Assembly (NCBI GenBank): GCA_964632485.1
Contig: CAZWDO010000014.1
Span: 62,001 to 114,702, forward strand
Direction: 5' to 3'
DNA: 52,702 nt
DNA from: an uncultured bacterium
GTDB lineage: Bacteria; JAGOEH01
The translations under genes and the position numbers were made by a program. The notes beneath the pieces were generated by a model. The model did not search any database, had not been told where the DNA came from, and was given only the letters and a program-made list of their open reading frames with translations. Positions 1-8,208 of the stretch are shown piece by piece; positions within the stretch are counted from its first letter, which is position 1, and every line of letters begins with the position of its first letter.

Positions 1-1
1 C

Positions 2-2575
2 TTCATTAATCAATGGATTAAGATGGCGAAAATCCAGAATCAATGGTTTTTTTTGGGGGTTACGCAGATACTCTTCCATTCTTGCAGCTATCGATTCTTC
101 GGCAATGAACCCGATATAGTAGCACTCAAGTTGCCGGGTTGCATATTCCCGGTTACGGTTGCTCCATTCAGATTGCAAAATACCTTGGCGTTCGCGTTCC
201 GATAAAGGTTCGACACTAATTCGTCGACTTCCTTTCCCCTCGCGGTTGGCGCATAGAGTGATTTCAACTGGAAACGGTGTAGCAAACACAGCGTTCGGAA
301 TCGGGGACCGGTTATAGACTCCCTGGTGACTTTCCATCAGCCAGTTAACCGATTTAAATCCACTGCTATCCTGGAAGTAATGAACACCGGAGATCGGATC
401 GATCGGTAAGGCCGGGGTAGTATGGACTCCTACGGATTGAACCAGGCCCAGGCTATATAATTCACGGTGCCGTGGCCAGGCTTCCACTTGTATAGAACTG
501 TCCAGCAGGCTTGAAAGTTTCAGTCGCGGAAGCAGTTGAGTTGATAAAACGCCATGAACGGCGCTGATCCAGCCAGAAAAAGTGGCTGTTGGGTTTAAAT
601 ATCTATAAAACTTCAACCATAAATCCATTATAAGTTTTAATGGTTGCGTATGAGGCGCGGCAACTAAAGGCCGCCAATTTTCGGCCTCCAACAGGGTCCG
701 TCGATTGGCGCGATTGGTCCGATGCCAGGTTCCGTCTGCTATTGCGGTCAATATCATATCCTCGTTGATGACGACCGGTTCATGTGTATCACGAAAAACG
801 TCCCGGTTGATACCTCCATCCATATCCAGGCTGATGATCTGGTATTCGCCATTGCGGTAAATGGTGGCATAGAGTTCGTCATTGTTGATAACCCGCACGT
901 TTCCGGGATCCGCAATGGGTATTAAATGTGGTGGAATGTCGAAAACGCGTTGGGTCGTTTCTCCCGCGGATTCCGCTTTTTTCCGTTTTGCTCGAGTCTC
1001 GATTTTCCAGGATGGATGATGGGGGGGCAATAACACTTTCCGCCAAAGCTCTCTTGCGCCGTGATTGCGGACGATATATAGAATTGAATGCCCGTTCGGC
1101 GTCCATTGAGGCTCAATGATTTCAGCCATAGCTGGAGTAACTGGTATCCAGATTTTTTGGATTAGATCATAGATATATAATATTTGCTGGTAGGCCGTAT
1201 CCCCGATGACACAAGCCAGATAGCGGCTGTCAGGGGACCATGCTGCGGCAAGCGTCTTGCCCGGAGCGCTGAGCTCGTTAGCGACATTCGTTTTCAGGTG
1301 GGTTAATATTGGAGTGAATCCATTGCGGTAAAAGAGCCAAAGTCCGTTTGGAGAGGGCGTAGGAAGGGTAATCAGTTCGGAGCTTACAACCAAAGTGTTT
1401 TCCTGATATTCCGTTAAAATATCAGTGGTTGTCGGCCGGGGAATATAGAGTGTCAGTCGGGATTTGCCCCCCAGATAACGGGCGATGAAGAGGCCGTTTT
1501 CCAGGGGGGAGAATGCCGCCCCGCTGATGAGAGTCCCTTGTGGTTGATACAGCGCTTGCCAAGTGTTGTTAAAGTAGAGCAAAAGATTCCGCCGGTCAAG
1601 GATCGCGCCAATCGGTTGATCGGTTGTTGCAGATATCCACTCGAAAACCGATGGCGCATCACCGGCGTAGGTATCCGCAAGCGGGGTCAGATCGGAAAAT
1701 GGAACCGTTAGGGGAGGAGTTGGAGCGCTGTTTTGAAAATGAATGCGGTAGATCGTGTCATTTTCGAGCGCCAATAAAATTTCGTTCCCTTTAACCAGCT
1801 CAAGGGCGCCGAGTGGAATTGCTACATCTATCGGCGTAAGGGCGCGGGATTGTAAATCATAAATTTTAAATTGATCATTATTTTTTAGTAAAATCTGGGC
1901 ATTATTAAGCCAGATGGGGGGTAGGTCGGAATTGGTTCCAGGGGGAGCGAACTGCAACTCACCTTGAAATTGTCCGGGGTTGTAAAATGCCAGTTGCCGG
2001 GTAGGAGAGAGCAAAAGAGCGATCAGACGGCCGTCGGGACTGTAGCGCGCGGCGCGGGAAAAGAGGTTCGGCAGACGCTGGAGGGAGCCATCACAACGAT
2101 CGTATTGGTAAAGCTGCGGTTCGGCCCGAAAATGGTCCCCACGGTCACTGGCAAATAAAATGTGGCGTCCGTCCGGGGAAATATCGCATAGCCATTCGTC
2201 GGAACGATGATCGCTTAGCCGACAGGTTTCCTGCGTTTCCAATGAAAAACTATAGAGATTGTACTGTCCGCCACGATCGGATATGAAAATAATCGTGTCG
2301 GAATGGTGGGTCCAACAGGGGAATCCATCATTGGCCGGATGAGTGGTCAAGCGCCGCCGCGGGGCGTGGCTGCCTGAGATGTCATACAGCCAGAGATCGC
2401 CATATCGCGCAATTATTAACCGATCGCCATCAGGGGACAAGGCCATATCGGCTGTAACAATGGGCAATGCCTGTACAAAAAATAGCAGCGCCGAGCGCCA
2501 AATCCATGCAGTGGCGCGCTGAAACTTATATACTATTCTATTTTGCGTTGGAATCAGTTCTTTTTTATACTTCAT
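2..2575 (-). CDS. Tricorn/S41-family protease-like beta-propeller protein (partial, runs off left edge)
   Basis: Hand translation from ATG 2575: MKYKKELIPTQ...AWIWRSALLFFVQALPIVTA (signal-like), DMALSPDGDRLIIARYGDLWLYD, RRLTTHPANDGFPCWTHHSDTIIFISDRGGQYNLY, WLCDISPDGRH (PD40/TolB-type repeats). The last in-window residues are KKPLILDFRHLNPLINE (S41 LIxDxR-like). No stop seen in the stretches checked; absent from the ORF track, consistent with no in-window stop. Confidence 0.75.
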   Translation of the reverse strand, partial: MKYKKELIPTQNRIVYKFQRATAWIWRSALLFFVQALPIVTADMALSPDGDRLIIARYGDLWLYDISGSHAPRRRLTTHPANDGFPCWTHHSDTIIFISDRGGQYNLYSFSLETQETCRLSDHRSDEWLCDISPDGRHILFASDRGDHFRAEPQLYQYDRCDGSLQRLPNLFSRAARYSPDGRLIALLLSPTRQLAFYNPGQFQGELQFAPPGTNSDLPPIWLNNAQILLKNNDQFKIYDLQSRALTPIDVAIPLGALELVKGNEILLALENDTIYRIHFQNSAPTPPLTVPFSDLTPLADTYAGDAPSVFEWISATTDQPIGAILDRRNLLLYFNNTWQALYQPQGTLISGAAFSPLENGLFIARYLGGKSRLTLYIPRPTTTDILTEYQENTLVVSSELITLPTPSPNGLWLFYRNGFTPILTHLKTNVANELSAPGKTLAAAWSPDSRYLACVIGDTAYQQILYIYDLIQKIWIPVTPAMAEIIEPQWTPNGHSILYIVRNHGARELWRKVLLPPHHPSWKIETRAKRKKAESAGETTQRVFDIPPHLIPIADPGNVRVINNDELYATIYRNGEYQIISLDMDGGINRDVFRDTHEPVVINEDMILTAIADGTWHRTNRANRRTLLEAENWRPLVAAPHTQPLKLIMDLWLKFYRYLNPTATFSGWISAVHGVLSTQLLPRLKLSSLLDSSIQVEAWPRHRELYSLGLVQSVGVHTTPALPIDPISGVHYFQDSSGFKSVNWLMESHQGVYNRSPIPNAVFATPFPVEITLCANREGKGSRRISVEPLSERERQGILQSEWSNRNREYATRQLECYYIGFIAEESIAARMEEYLRNPQKKPLILDFRHLNPLINE

Positions 2576-2643
2576 ATTGATTATATCTTAATTTATAACG
2601 GGGATAATATAAAAAAAATCATGGCCCGGCCTCCTTCGATATC

Positions 2644-2681
2644 ATGATGTGATTCCACCCGCTATGATGGAATCACATCAT
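2644..2681. repeat. Perfect 14-bp inverted repeat with 10-nt loop
   Basis: ATGATGTGATTCCA (2644-2657) / TGGAATCACATCAT (2668-2681). Confidence 0.8.
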
Positions 2682-2688
2682 CGTACCG

Positions 2689-2723
2689 AAAAAAAAGGAT
2701 AGGCTGACACCAGCCTATCCTTT
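2689..2723 (-). terminator. Rho-independent terminator of the lipoprotein gene
   Basis: Minus strand reads AAAGGATAGGCTG-GTGT-CAGCCTATCCTTTTTTTT, ~20 nt after the stop at 2746. Confidence 0.85.
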
Positions 2724-2745
2724 AAATTTAAATACAGCGAATGGA

Positions 2746-3624
2746 CTAATCGACCTTTTCCACTTTAACGCTGAAGGTAATCGAGCCGGATGTACCGGTA
2801 GTCAGCGAAGTGATCTTGAGGATTCCATATTTTGTGTCCGCAGTTTTGAATACGACTTCGTCGCTATTGGCTAAACTAATGACCTTGCTGGAGGCCAATG
2901 TCGTTGAATATGCGGATTGAATCTGCGTGGCGGAGGTGATGGCGCTGAACTGGGCCGAAGCCGGTTTGTGCAACATGGTGGCCCGCTTGGTGGTCCAGGA
3001 ATTGACTTGCAGGGTCGCATCAAATTCCGCTAATGTCGGGTCGTTGGGAGCCGCCAGGGTGGCCATGTTGGTCGCGCCGTAATAATAAATCAGATCGACT
3101 TTATTACTGTTGGTTCGCGCGGCGGAAACCGTGTAAACCGTTCCGCTGGCGCTTAGGGCGCAATAAAAACTACCGGTGACACTTTGGTGGGCGCCCAAGG
3201 TTACATTGTATTCGTACATGTTGGACGAGATGTTGATGGTGTAGGTCTTGGTGTCTTCCAGATCATCGTCGTCAGTAACAGTCACTTCAAGGATGAGCTG
3301 CCCGGTGGCGGTGGAAGGAACAGTGTAATTTTCGATGACGTCATAGGTAGCCGTTGATACTCCGCTCAACGAACCGGTCTTGTATGTCGTTTTGCTTCCG
3401 CCGGAGATTATGGCGATTTCCCATTGTTCCAAGTCGTTATCGCCTTTGGTCACCTCGAAGTTGATTGATAATACATCGCCGGGAGCATGGTCGCCCTGGG
3501 TGGCGCTGCTTGAGTTAATGGTAAATAATGTAATTGATGGCCCTACGGATTCGCTGTCGGAACACGCGAAAAAGGCCAGACTCATCATCAGCATGGCTAG
3601 CGCGATAATCATAAATTTGCGCAT
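2746..3624 (-). CDS. Ser/Thr-rich putative surface lipoprotein, Ig/PKD-like N-terminal domain
   Basis: Signal peptide with lipobox FFA-C followed by SDSES; beta-rich sequence with VTVTDDDDLED; strong RBS AAGGAGG. Confidence 0.8.
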   Translation of the reverse strand: MRKFMIIALAMLMMSLAFFACSDSESVGPSITLFTINSSSATQGDHAPGDVLSINFEVTKGDNDLEQWEIAIISGGSKTTYKTGSLSGVSTATYDVIENYTVPSTATGQLILEVTVTDDDDLEDTKTYTINISSNMYEYNVTLGAHQSVTGSFYCALSASGTVYTVSAARTNSNKVDLIYYYGATNMATLAAPNDPTLAEFDATLQVNSWTTKRATMLHKPASAQFSAITSATQIQSAYSTTLASSKVISLANSDEVVFKTADTKYGILKITSLTTGTSGSITFSVKVEKVD

Positions 3625-3674
3625 GTGATCCTCCTTGTTTTGAGAATGGTTAATTGTTTTCAGTCCACGTATGA

Positions 3675-3702
3675 ATTATAATTAAAAAAAAATAAAAGTC
3701 AA
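3675..3702 (-). promoter_or_regulatory. Sigma70 promoter of lipoprotein gene
   Basis: Minus strand TTGACT-16 nt-TATAAT. Confidence 0.7.
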
Positions 3703-3842
3703 GTGTTTTTTATTGAGTTGTTTTTGCGAAAAAGCTTGCTTTTTCATATTTTTTTTTCTATTTTTAGAAATGACGATTTAAAAATTGGACCCGGTTGCTA
3801 TTTCAAAGAGTTCCTTCGACTTTCTGGATTAATTTAATAAAT

Positions 3843-4002
3843 TCCGGCTCCCAATGGAGATGCGGGACTTGATCCGCTACTTATTTGTAACGAAAGAGGG
3901 ATAGTGACGATTGCCGTTAAACGATTATCGCTCCTCACACTCAAGGTAATTGGCGGCATAAGCGCATGAGCAGGAATGCAGCGTCCCGTTCCTTTTGCCG
4001 GA
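3843..4002 (+). ncRNA. Candidate rod-shaped structured RNA (6S-like or cis-leader)
   Basis: Nested helices 3843-48/3997-4002, 3862-68/3983-89, 3874-79/3951-56, 3881-87/3942-49, 3896-3905/3924-36, 3906-09/3915-18; G-U pairs favour the + strand; no ORF of 60 aa or more in the track. Confidence 0.45.
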
Positions 4003-4064
4003 GAACTTGCTGCGGATTGGTTCCACTGAGCTCAGGTGATGCAAAAAAATATGAGGAAATATAA

Positions 4065-5111
4065 ATGACCCCGTCAATGAATCTGGTCGGAATGACGACC
4101 TCACAAATTATGGAATGGATAAGCGGTTTCGGTGAAAAGCCCTATCGCGCGCAGCAATTGGCTGATTGGATTTATAAAAAACGCGCGACAGATTTTTCAG
4201 TCATGACGAATATCCGCAAGGAACTGCGGGCTGAATTGGCGCTTCATGCTGAAATTCGTTATCCGCGGATTATTGAAGAGCGGCACAGCCAATTGGATCA
4301 TACGATTAAGCTTTTGCTGGGTCTGGGTGATGGTGAATTGATAGAAACGGTTATTATGCAGGACAATGAACGAAATACAATTTGCATCTCCAGCCAGGTT
4401 GGCTGTTCTTTGGGGTGCTCATTTTGCGCGACCGGGGAATTGGGGTTTCGCCGGAATTTGAACTGTGGCGAAATTCTCAGTCAGGTTTTACTCGCTCAGA
4501 ACTATCTCACTCACCAGAAAAAACGGCTGAATATCGTTTTGATGGGCATGGGTGAACCGCTTCTAAACCTGGATCAGGTGATTCCGGCTTTGCGGTTGTT
4601 AACGCTGGATGAGGGATTGGGATTGGGGAAAAAACGGATAACACTTTCAACAGCCGGAATTCCGGCTGGAATTCGGGAATTGGCGGATGCGGATTTAGGG
4701 GTTAAACTGGCCCTTTCTCTGAATGCGTCCGACAACATAAAACGGATGGCTTTGATGCCCGTTAATCGACGTTATCCCCTGGAAGATGTTTTAGAGGGTC
4801 TTCATTACTATCAATTAAACAACCGGCATCGGATCACGTTTGAATATATTCTTATTCCGGGAATCAATAATCATCCGGGGGATGCGGAAGCGACACTCAG
4901 GTTGCTCCGGCGTTTTAGTTATAAAATTAATCTGATCCCCTACAATCCCTCAGTCTCATTGCCCTATCGATCTCCGACGGAAGATGAGATTGTCTCGTTT
5001 AGCCGCTTACTGATGCGGGGCCATGGAGCAGTGACGATCCGCCGTTCGCGTGGCGCTGATATCATGGCAGCCTGCGGCCAGCTTAAAGCCCGATATGAAA
5101 AGGAAGGTTGA
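4065..5111 (+). CDS. rlmN: 23S rRNA (adenine(2503)-C2)-methyltransferase, radical SAM
   Basis: TICISSQVGCSLGCSFCATG, MGMGEPLLN, NLIPYN, GADIMAACGQL motifs. Confidence 0.95.
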   Translation: MTPSMNLVGMTTSQIMEWISGFGEKPYRAQQLADWIYKKRATDFSVMTNIRKELRAELALHAEIRYPRIIEERHSQLDHTIKLLLGLGDGELIETVIMQDNERNTICISSQVGCSLGCSFCATGELGFRRNLNCGEILSQVLLAQNYLTHQKKRLNIVLMGMGEPLLNLDQVIPALRLLTLDEGLGLGKKRITLSTAGIPAGIRELADADLGVKLALSLNASDNIKRMALMPVNRRYPLEDVLEGLHYYQLNNRHRITFEYILIPGINNHPGDAEATLRLLRRFSYKINLIPYNPSVSLPYRSPTEDEIVSFSRLLMRGHGAVTIRRSRGADIMAACGQLKARYEKEG

Positions 5112-6151
5112 TTGTGTTCGATTTTTTTAGAGACTTGATGATTCAGTTTAAGCGGATGGGATCCACTGAACAGTTTATTATTTTTCTACTGTTTTTGTCG
5201 CCTTTTTTTATTATCCTGCTGGTTCAACTTTTTATGCAGCATGTGTGGCGGCATTGGCGGATTCGTCACCAGTTTTATAACCTGGCAAAAGAAAAGAAAT
5301 TGGATCGTAAAGAATTGAATTTTTTAATGAATATTCTAACTTATTTAAAAATGCCCTTGCGCCCGGAATACTTCCGCTATGATTTTCAGTTTTGGCGGAT
5401 GGTTATTTTATATACCCAGCGCGCTAGTGAAAAGCAAGGCGAACTGCCGAAAATTTTAACAGTACTGGCAAATTTAAAATTTTTGGGCAAGAAAATTTTC
5501 GGCCGAATTCCCAACCGGTTTTTTTCGACTGCTGATTTGCTGGAAAAACAGGATGTGAGTCTGGAATTTCCCCGACTTAAAATTAAAATACATGGTTTTT
5601 TGGTGCGCCATGAAGAAAAATATCTCATTTTCCAGGCAAAAGATTTCCCGGTTCATCTGGCAAAGATGGCTGAACATGAACGGGTTTCAATTATTGTTGT
5701 AAATCCTTCTCAGGGCATTTATTTTTTTGAGACCCGGATACATCATTTTGAGGAAGGCCAACCCTTGTGGGTGTGCGTGGAACATAGTGTTCAGGTTCTT
5801 TTTCGGAATTTACGGCGCTTTGAACGGTTTACTTTTTGGGAAAATCTACAGATGATGCCCATGGACTCGAGCGCTCTGCGGTATCAAAAAGCGGTGAAAG
5901 GATATTTTTCGGATATCAGCCGTGGGGGTGCAAAGATTTATACGGCAGAACGCCTGATGCAAAGCGAATCGTTTATCCTTCATTTCGAGCATAACGGTAC
6001 CTTTCAACTACCCGCTATAATCGTTGGAGAATCCTTCGATTTTAAACGTCGGGAGCAAGCTTACCACTTAAAATATATTAATTTGACGGCCCATGAAAAA
6101 AATGTGTTGGACCGTTTACTGCAAGAACTTAAAGAAAGAGAGGCCGGTTAA
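5108..6151 (+). CDS. Membrane-anchored PilZ-domain (c-di-GMP binding, flagellar-brake-like) protein
   Basis: N-terminal TM helix; C-terminal RRFERF and DISRGG PilZ motifs; start codon uncertain (TTG 5108). Confidence 0.75.
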   Translation: MIVFDFFRDLMIQFKRMGSTEQFIIFLLFLSPFFIILLVQLFMQHVWRHWRIRHQFYNLAKEKKLDRKELNFLMNILTYLKMPLRPEYFRYDFQFWRMVILYTQRASEKQGELPKILTVLANLKFLGKKIFGRIPNRFFSTADLLEKQDVSLEFPRLKIKIHGFLVRHEEKYLIFQAKDFPVHLAKMAEHERVSIIVVNPSQGIYFFETRIHHFEEGQPLWVCVEHSVQVLFRNLRRFERFTFWENLQMMPMDSSALRYQKAVKGYFSDISRGGAKIYTAERLMQSESFILHFEHNGTFQLPAIIVGESFDFKRREQAYHLKYINLTAHEKNVLDRLLQELKEREAG

Positions 6152-6741
6152 TGGATTGGTTTGCATCAATTTCGCAGACATCGCTCTATATCTGGGTATT
6201 TTTGCCTTTATTGATTTTTTTCGCCCGTATTGTCGATGTAACGTTTGGTACAATTCGTGTTATTTTTGTCTCAAAAGGTTTTCGCTATATCGCCCCAATC
6301 ATTGGATTTTTTGAAGTCATCATCTGGCTGCTGGCAATCGGGCAAATTATGCAAAATCTTAATAATTTTATGTGTTATATCGCCTATGGCGCCGGGTTTG
6401 GAACGGGAACGTTCGTTGGGATTTTCTTAGAGGAGAAATTGTCGATCGGCGTTGTGATGTTGCGCGTGATTACCAACCGGGACGCTTCCCAGTTGGTGGG
6501 GTTTTTACAGGACCAGAACTATGGAATCACCTGTGTCGATGCGATTGGCGCCAAAGGACCCGTTAAGGTGATCTTTACGATTGTGGAACGCAAGCATATC
6601 TCCCAGCTCATCACTCATATCAAACAATTCAACCCCAATGCGTTCTATACAATTGAAGATATCCGTTACGTCAAAGAAGGAGTCTTTCCCGCCAAGCCGC
6701 CCCGGTTTTTTGAGAATTTTTTAAAAGCGAAAAAAAAATAA
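6151..6741 (+). CDS. DUF2179/UPF0316 membrane protein
   Basis: IFFARIVDVTFGTIR, GFFEVIIW, AYGAGFGTGTFVG, FNPNAFYTIEDIR. Confidence 0.9.
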   Translation: MDWFASISQTSLYIWVFLPLLIFFARIVDVTFGTIRVIFVSKGFRYIAPIIGFFEVIIWLLAIGQIMQNLNNFMCYIAYGAGFGTGTFVGIFLEEKLSIGVVMLRVITNRDASQLVGFLQDQNYGITCVDAIGAKGPVKVIFTIVERKHISQLITHIKQFNPNAFYTIEDIRYVKEGVFPAKPPRFFENFLKAKKK

Positions 6742-6751
6742 AATTTTTCTA

Positions 6752-6780
6752 TTGACAAATGGAACTAATTTTACGATTAT
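6752..6780 (+). promoter_or_regulatory. Probable sigma70 promoter for short ORF plus ATP-grasp pair
   Basis: TTGACA at 6752 with AT-rich upstream element; weak -10 (GATTAT) at 17-nt spacing. Confidence 0.45.
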
Positions 6781-6859
6781 TGGTTTAAGTTTCAGAGTTA
6801 GGTAAGCGTACCGTACTCACGCCAGGTAATATTATCAATGGTGAAAGGAGAACCGAATT

Positions 6860-7051
6860 ATGGATAGCGAGTGCTCCATAATTCAGCTAACCAGTGACGA
6901 AGACCCGGATCCTCTGGGGCTGAGCAACTGGTTAGACGATTTTGGAATTATAGCAGGAAGCTTGTGGTTGGTTTTTTTATTGCGTTGGGGATTCAGAAAA
7001 ATAATCTTTAAAAATCCTTTCAATTTCACACCCAGGATGCTTATCGTTTAA
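6860..7051 (+). CDS. Small ORF with acidic N-terminus (leader/precursor-like) and one hydrophobic segment
   Basis: Strong RBS AAAGGAGA 8 nt upstream; MDSECSIIQLTSDEDPDPLG... Confidence 0.55.
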   Translation: MDSECSIIQLTSDEDPDPLGLSNWLDDFGIIAGSLWLVFLLRWGFRKIIFKNPFNFTPRMLIV

Positions 7052-7113
7052 ATCCGGCATCCACGCTGTCAATTATTCAAGTTGCCACTTTATCAGCACA
7101 AAAGGAGCTGATT

Positions 7114-8184
7114 ATGGATTTAGCGATTAAACGGGTCGTGATATTGCATGATGAAATTCATGAAAATGATCCTTTAGACCAACAGGATAGTATCGTGCAA
7201 GTTCAAGCGATTGAACTGGCTTTGCAGGAAATGGGATATCAGGTCAAACGGGTCGCTTTTGGTATCGATACAACTTCGGTTTTGGAACAATTCCGCGATT
7301 GGCAAACCGATTTTGTAATCAATCTGGTCGAGTCTGTTGCCGGTGATGGGCGTTTCATACATTGGGCCCCCTTATGGCTCGAACATCTGCAAATTCCCTT
7401 CAGTGGCTGCTCCTCCAGCGCCATTTATACAAGTTCCAATAAAATTCTGGCTAAAGAAATGATGCGGGCCTACGGCATCCCGACACCGGACTGGCTAAAT
7501 ATCGACCGGACTTCCAATCCAACATCTTTTATTCCCGGGCGCTATATTATAAAAGCTGTTTGGGAACACGCATCCGTGGGATTGGATGAAGATTCAGTCG
7601 TCGTTGCCGATCAGGTTGAATGGCTGGAACAGGTGCTGCGTTCCCGTTTGCAATTGAGCGGCAAACCTTTTTTTGCGGAACACTATATTGATGGTCGTGA
7701 GTTCAATATATCCATTTTGAATGGCCAGGTACTGCCGATTCCGGAAATTATGTTTCTTGATTATCCTGAAAATAAACCCCGTGTCGTGGGTTATCGGGCC
7801 AAATGGCAGGAAGAATCATTTGAATACCAGCATACACAGCGGCGGTTCCATACCCTGGATGGCCATCAGACCCTGGCCCATCAATTAGCCTGGGTTTGCG
7901 AGGATCTATGGCGCCGGTTTTCCTTAAAGGGCTACGCGCGGGTCGACGTCCGCGTGGATCCTCAAGGGAATCCCTATGTTATTGATATTAATGCCAATCC
8001 ATGCATTGCTCCTGACAGCGGTTTTGTTGCCGCAGCGATGGAGATTGGTATCAGTTTTTCAGAACTCTTGCATTCCCTGATACAAGGGTCATTGGAAACT
8101 CAAGTCACTCCAATTGATTGGAGCCTTAAAACCGATGCGGATTGGTTGGAGCTTGTGTCCGATGATTCCGTCATGAATTTATAA
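7114..8184 (+). CDS. D-Ala-D-Ala ligase-like ATP-grasp protein (non-canonical)
   Basis: VINLVES, IIKAVWEHASVGL, EHYIDGREFNIS, GYARVDVR, DINANP; lacks the Ddl GGxSxEH motif. Confidence 0.85.
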   Translation: MDLAIKRVVILHDEIHENDPLDQQDSIVQVQAIELALQEMGYQVKRVAFGIDTTSVLEQFRDWQTDFVINLVESVAGDGRFIHWAPLWLEHLQIPFSGCSSSAIYTSSNKILAKEMMRAYGIPTPDWLNIDRTSNPTSFIPGRYIIKAVWEHASVGLDEDSVVVADQVEWLEQVLRSRLQLSGKPFFAEHYIDGREFNISILNGQVLPIPEIMFLDYPENKPRVVGYRAKWQEESFEYQHTQRRFHTLDGHQTLAHQLAWVCEDLWRRFSLKGYARVDVRVDPQGNPYVIDINANPCIAPDSGFVAAAMEIGISFSELLHSLIQGSLETQVTPIDWSLKTDADWLELVSDDSVMNL

Positions 8185-8208
8185 CTGGATGGAAGAGAGG
8201 ATAATACT

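Noticed and set aside
23..2158. Short ORFs on both strands at the left end
   Set aside because: Shadows of the long minus-strand tricorn-like frame
3781..4050. Known riboswitch, tRNA or tmRNA in the rlmN leader
   Set aside because: Only fragmentary matches (GGAGA, CTCAGG, TTCGAC); no complete consensus or cloverleaf
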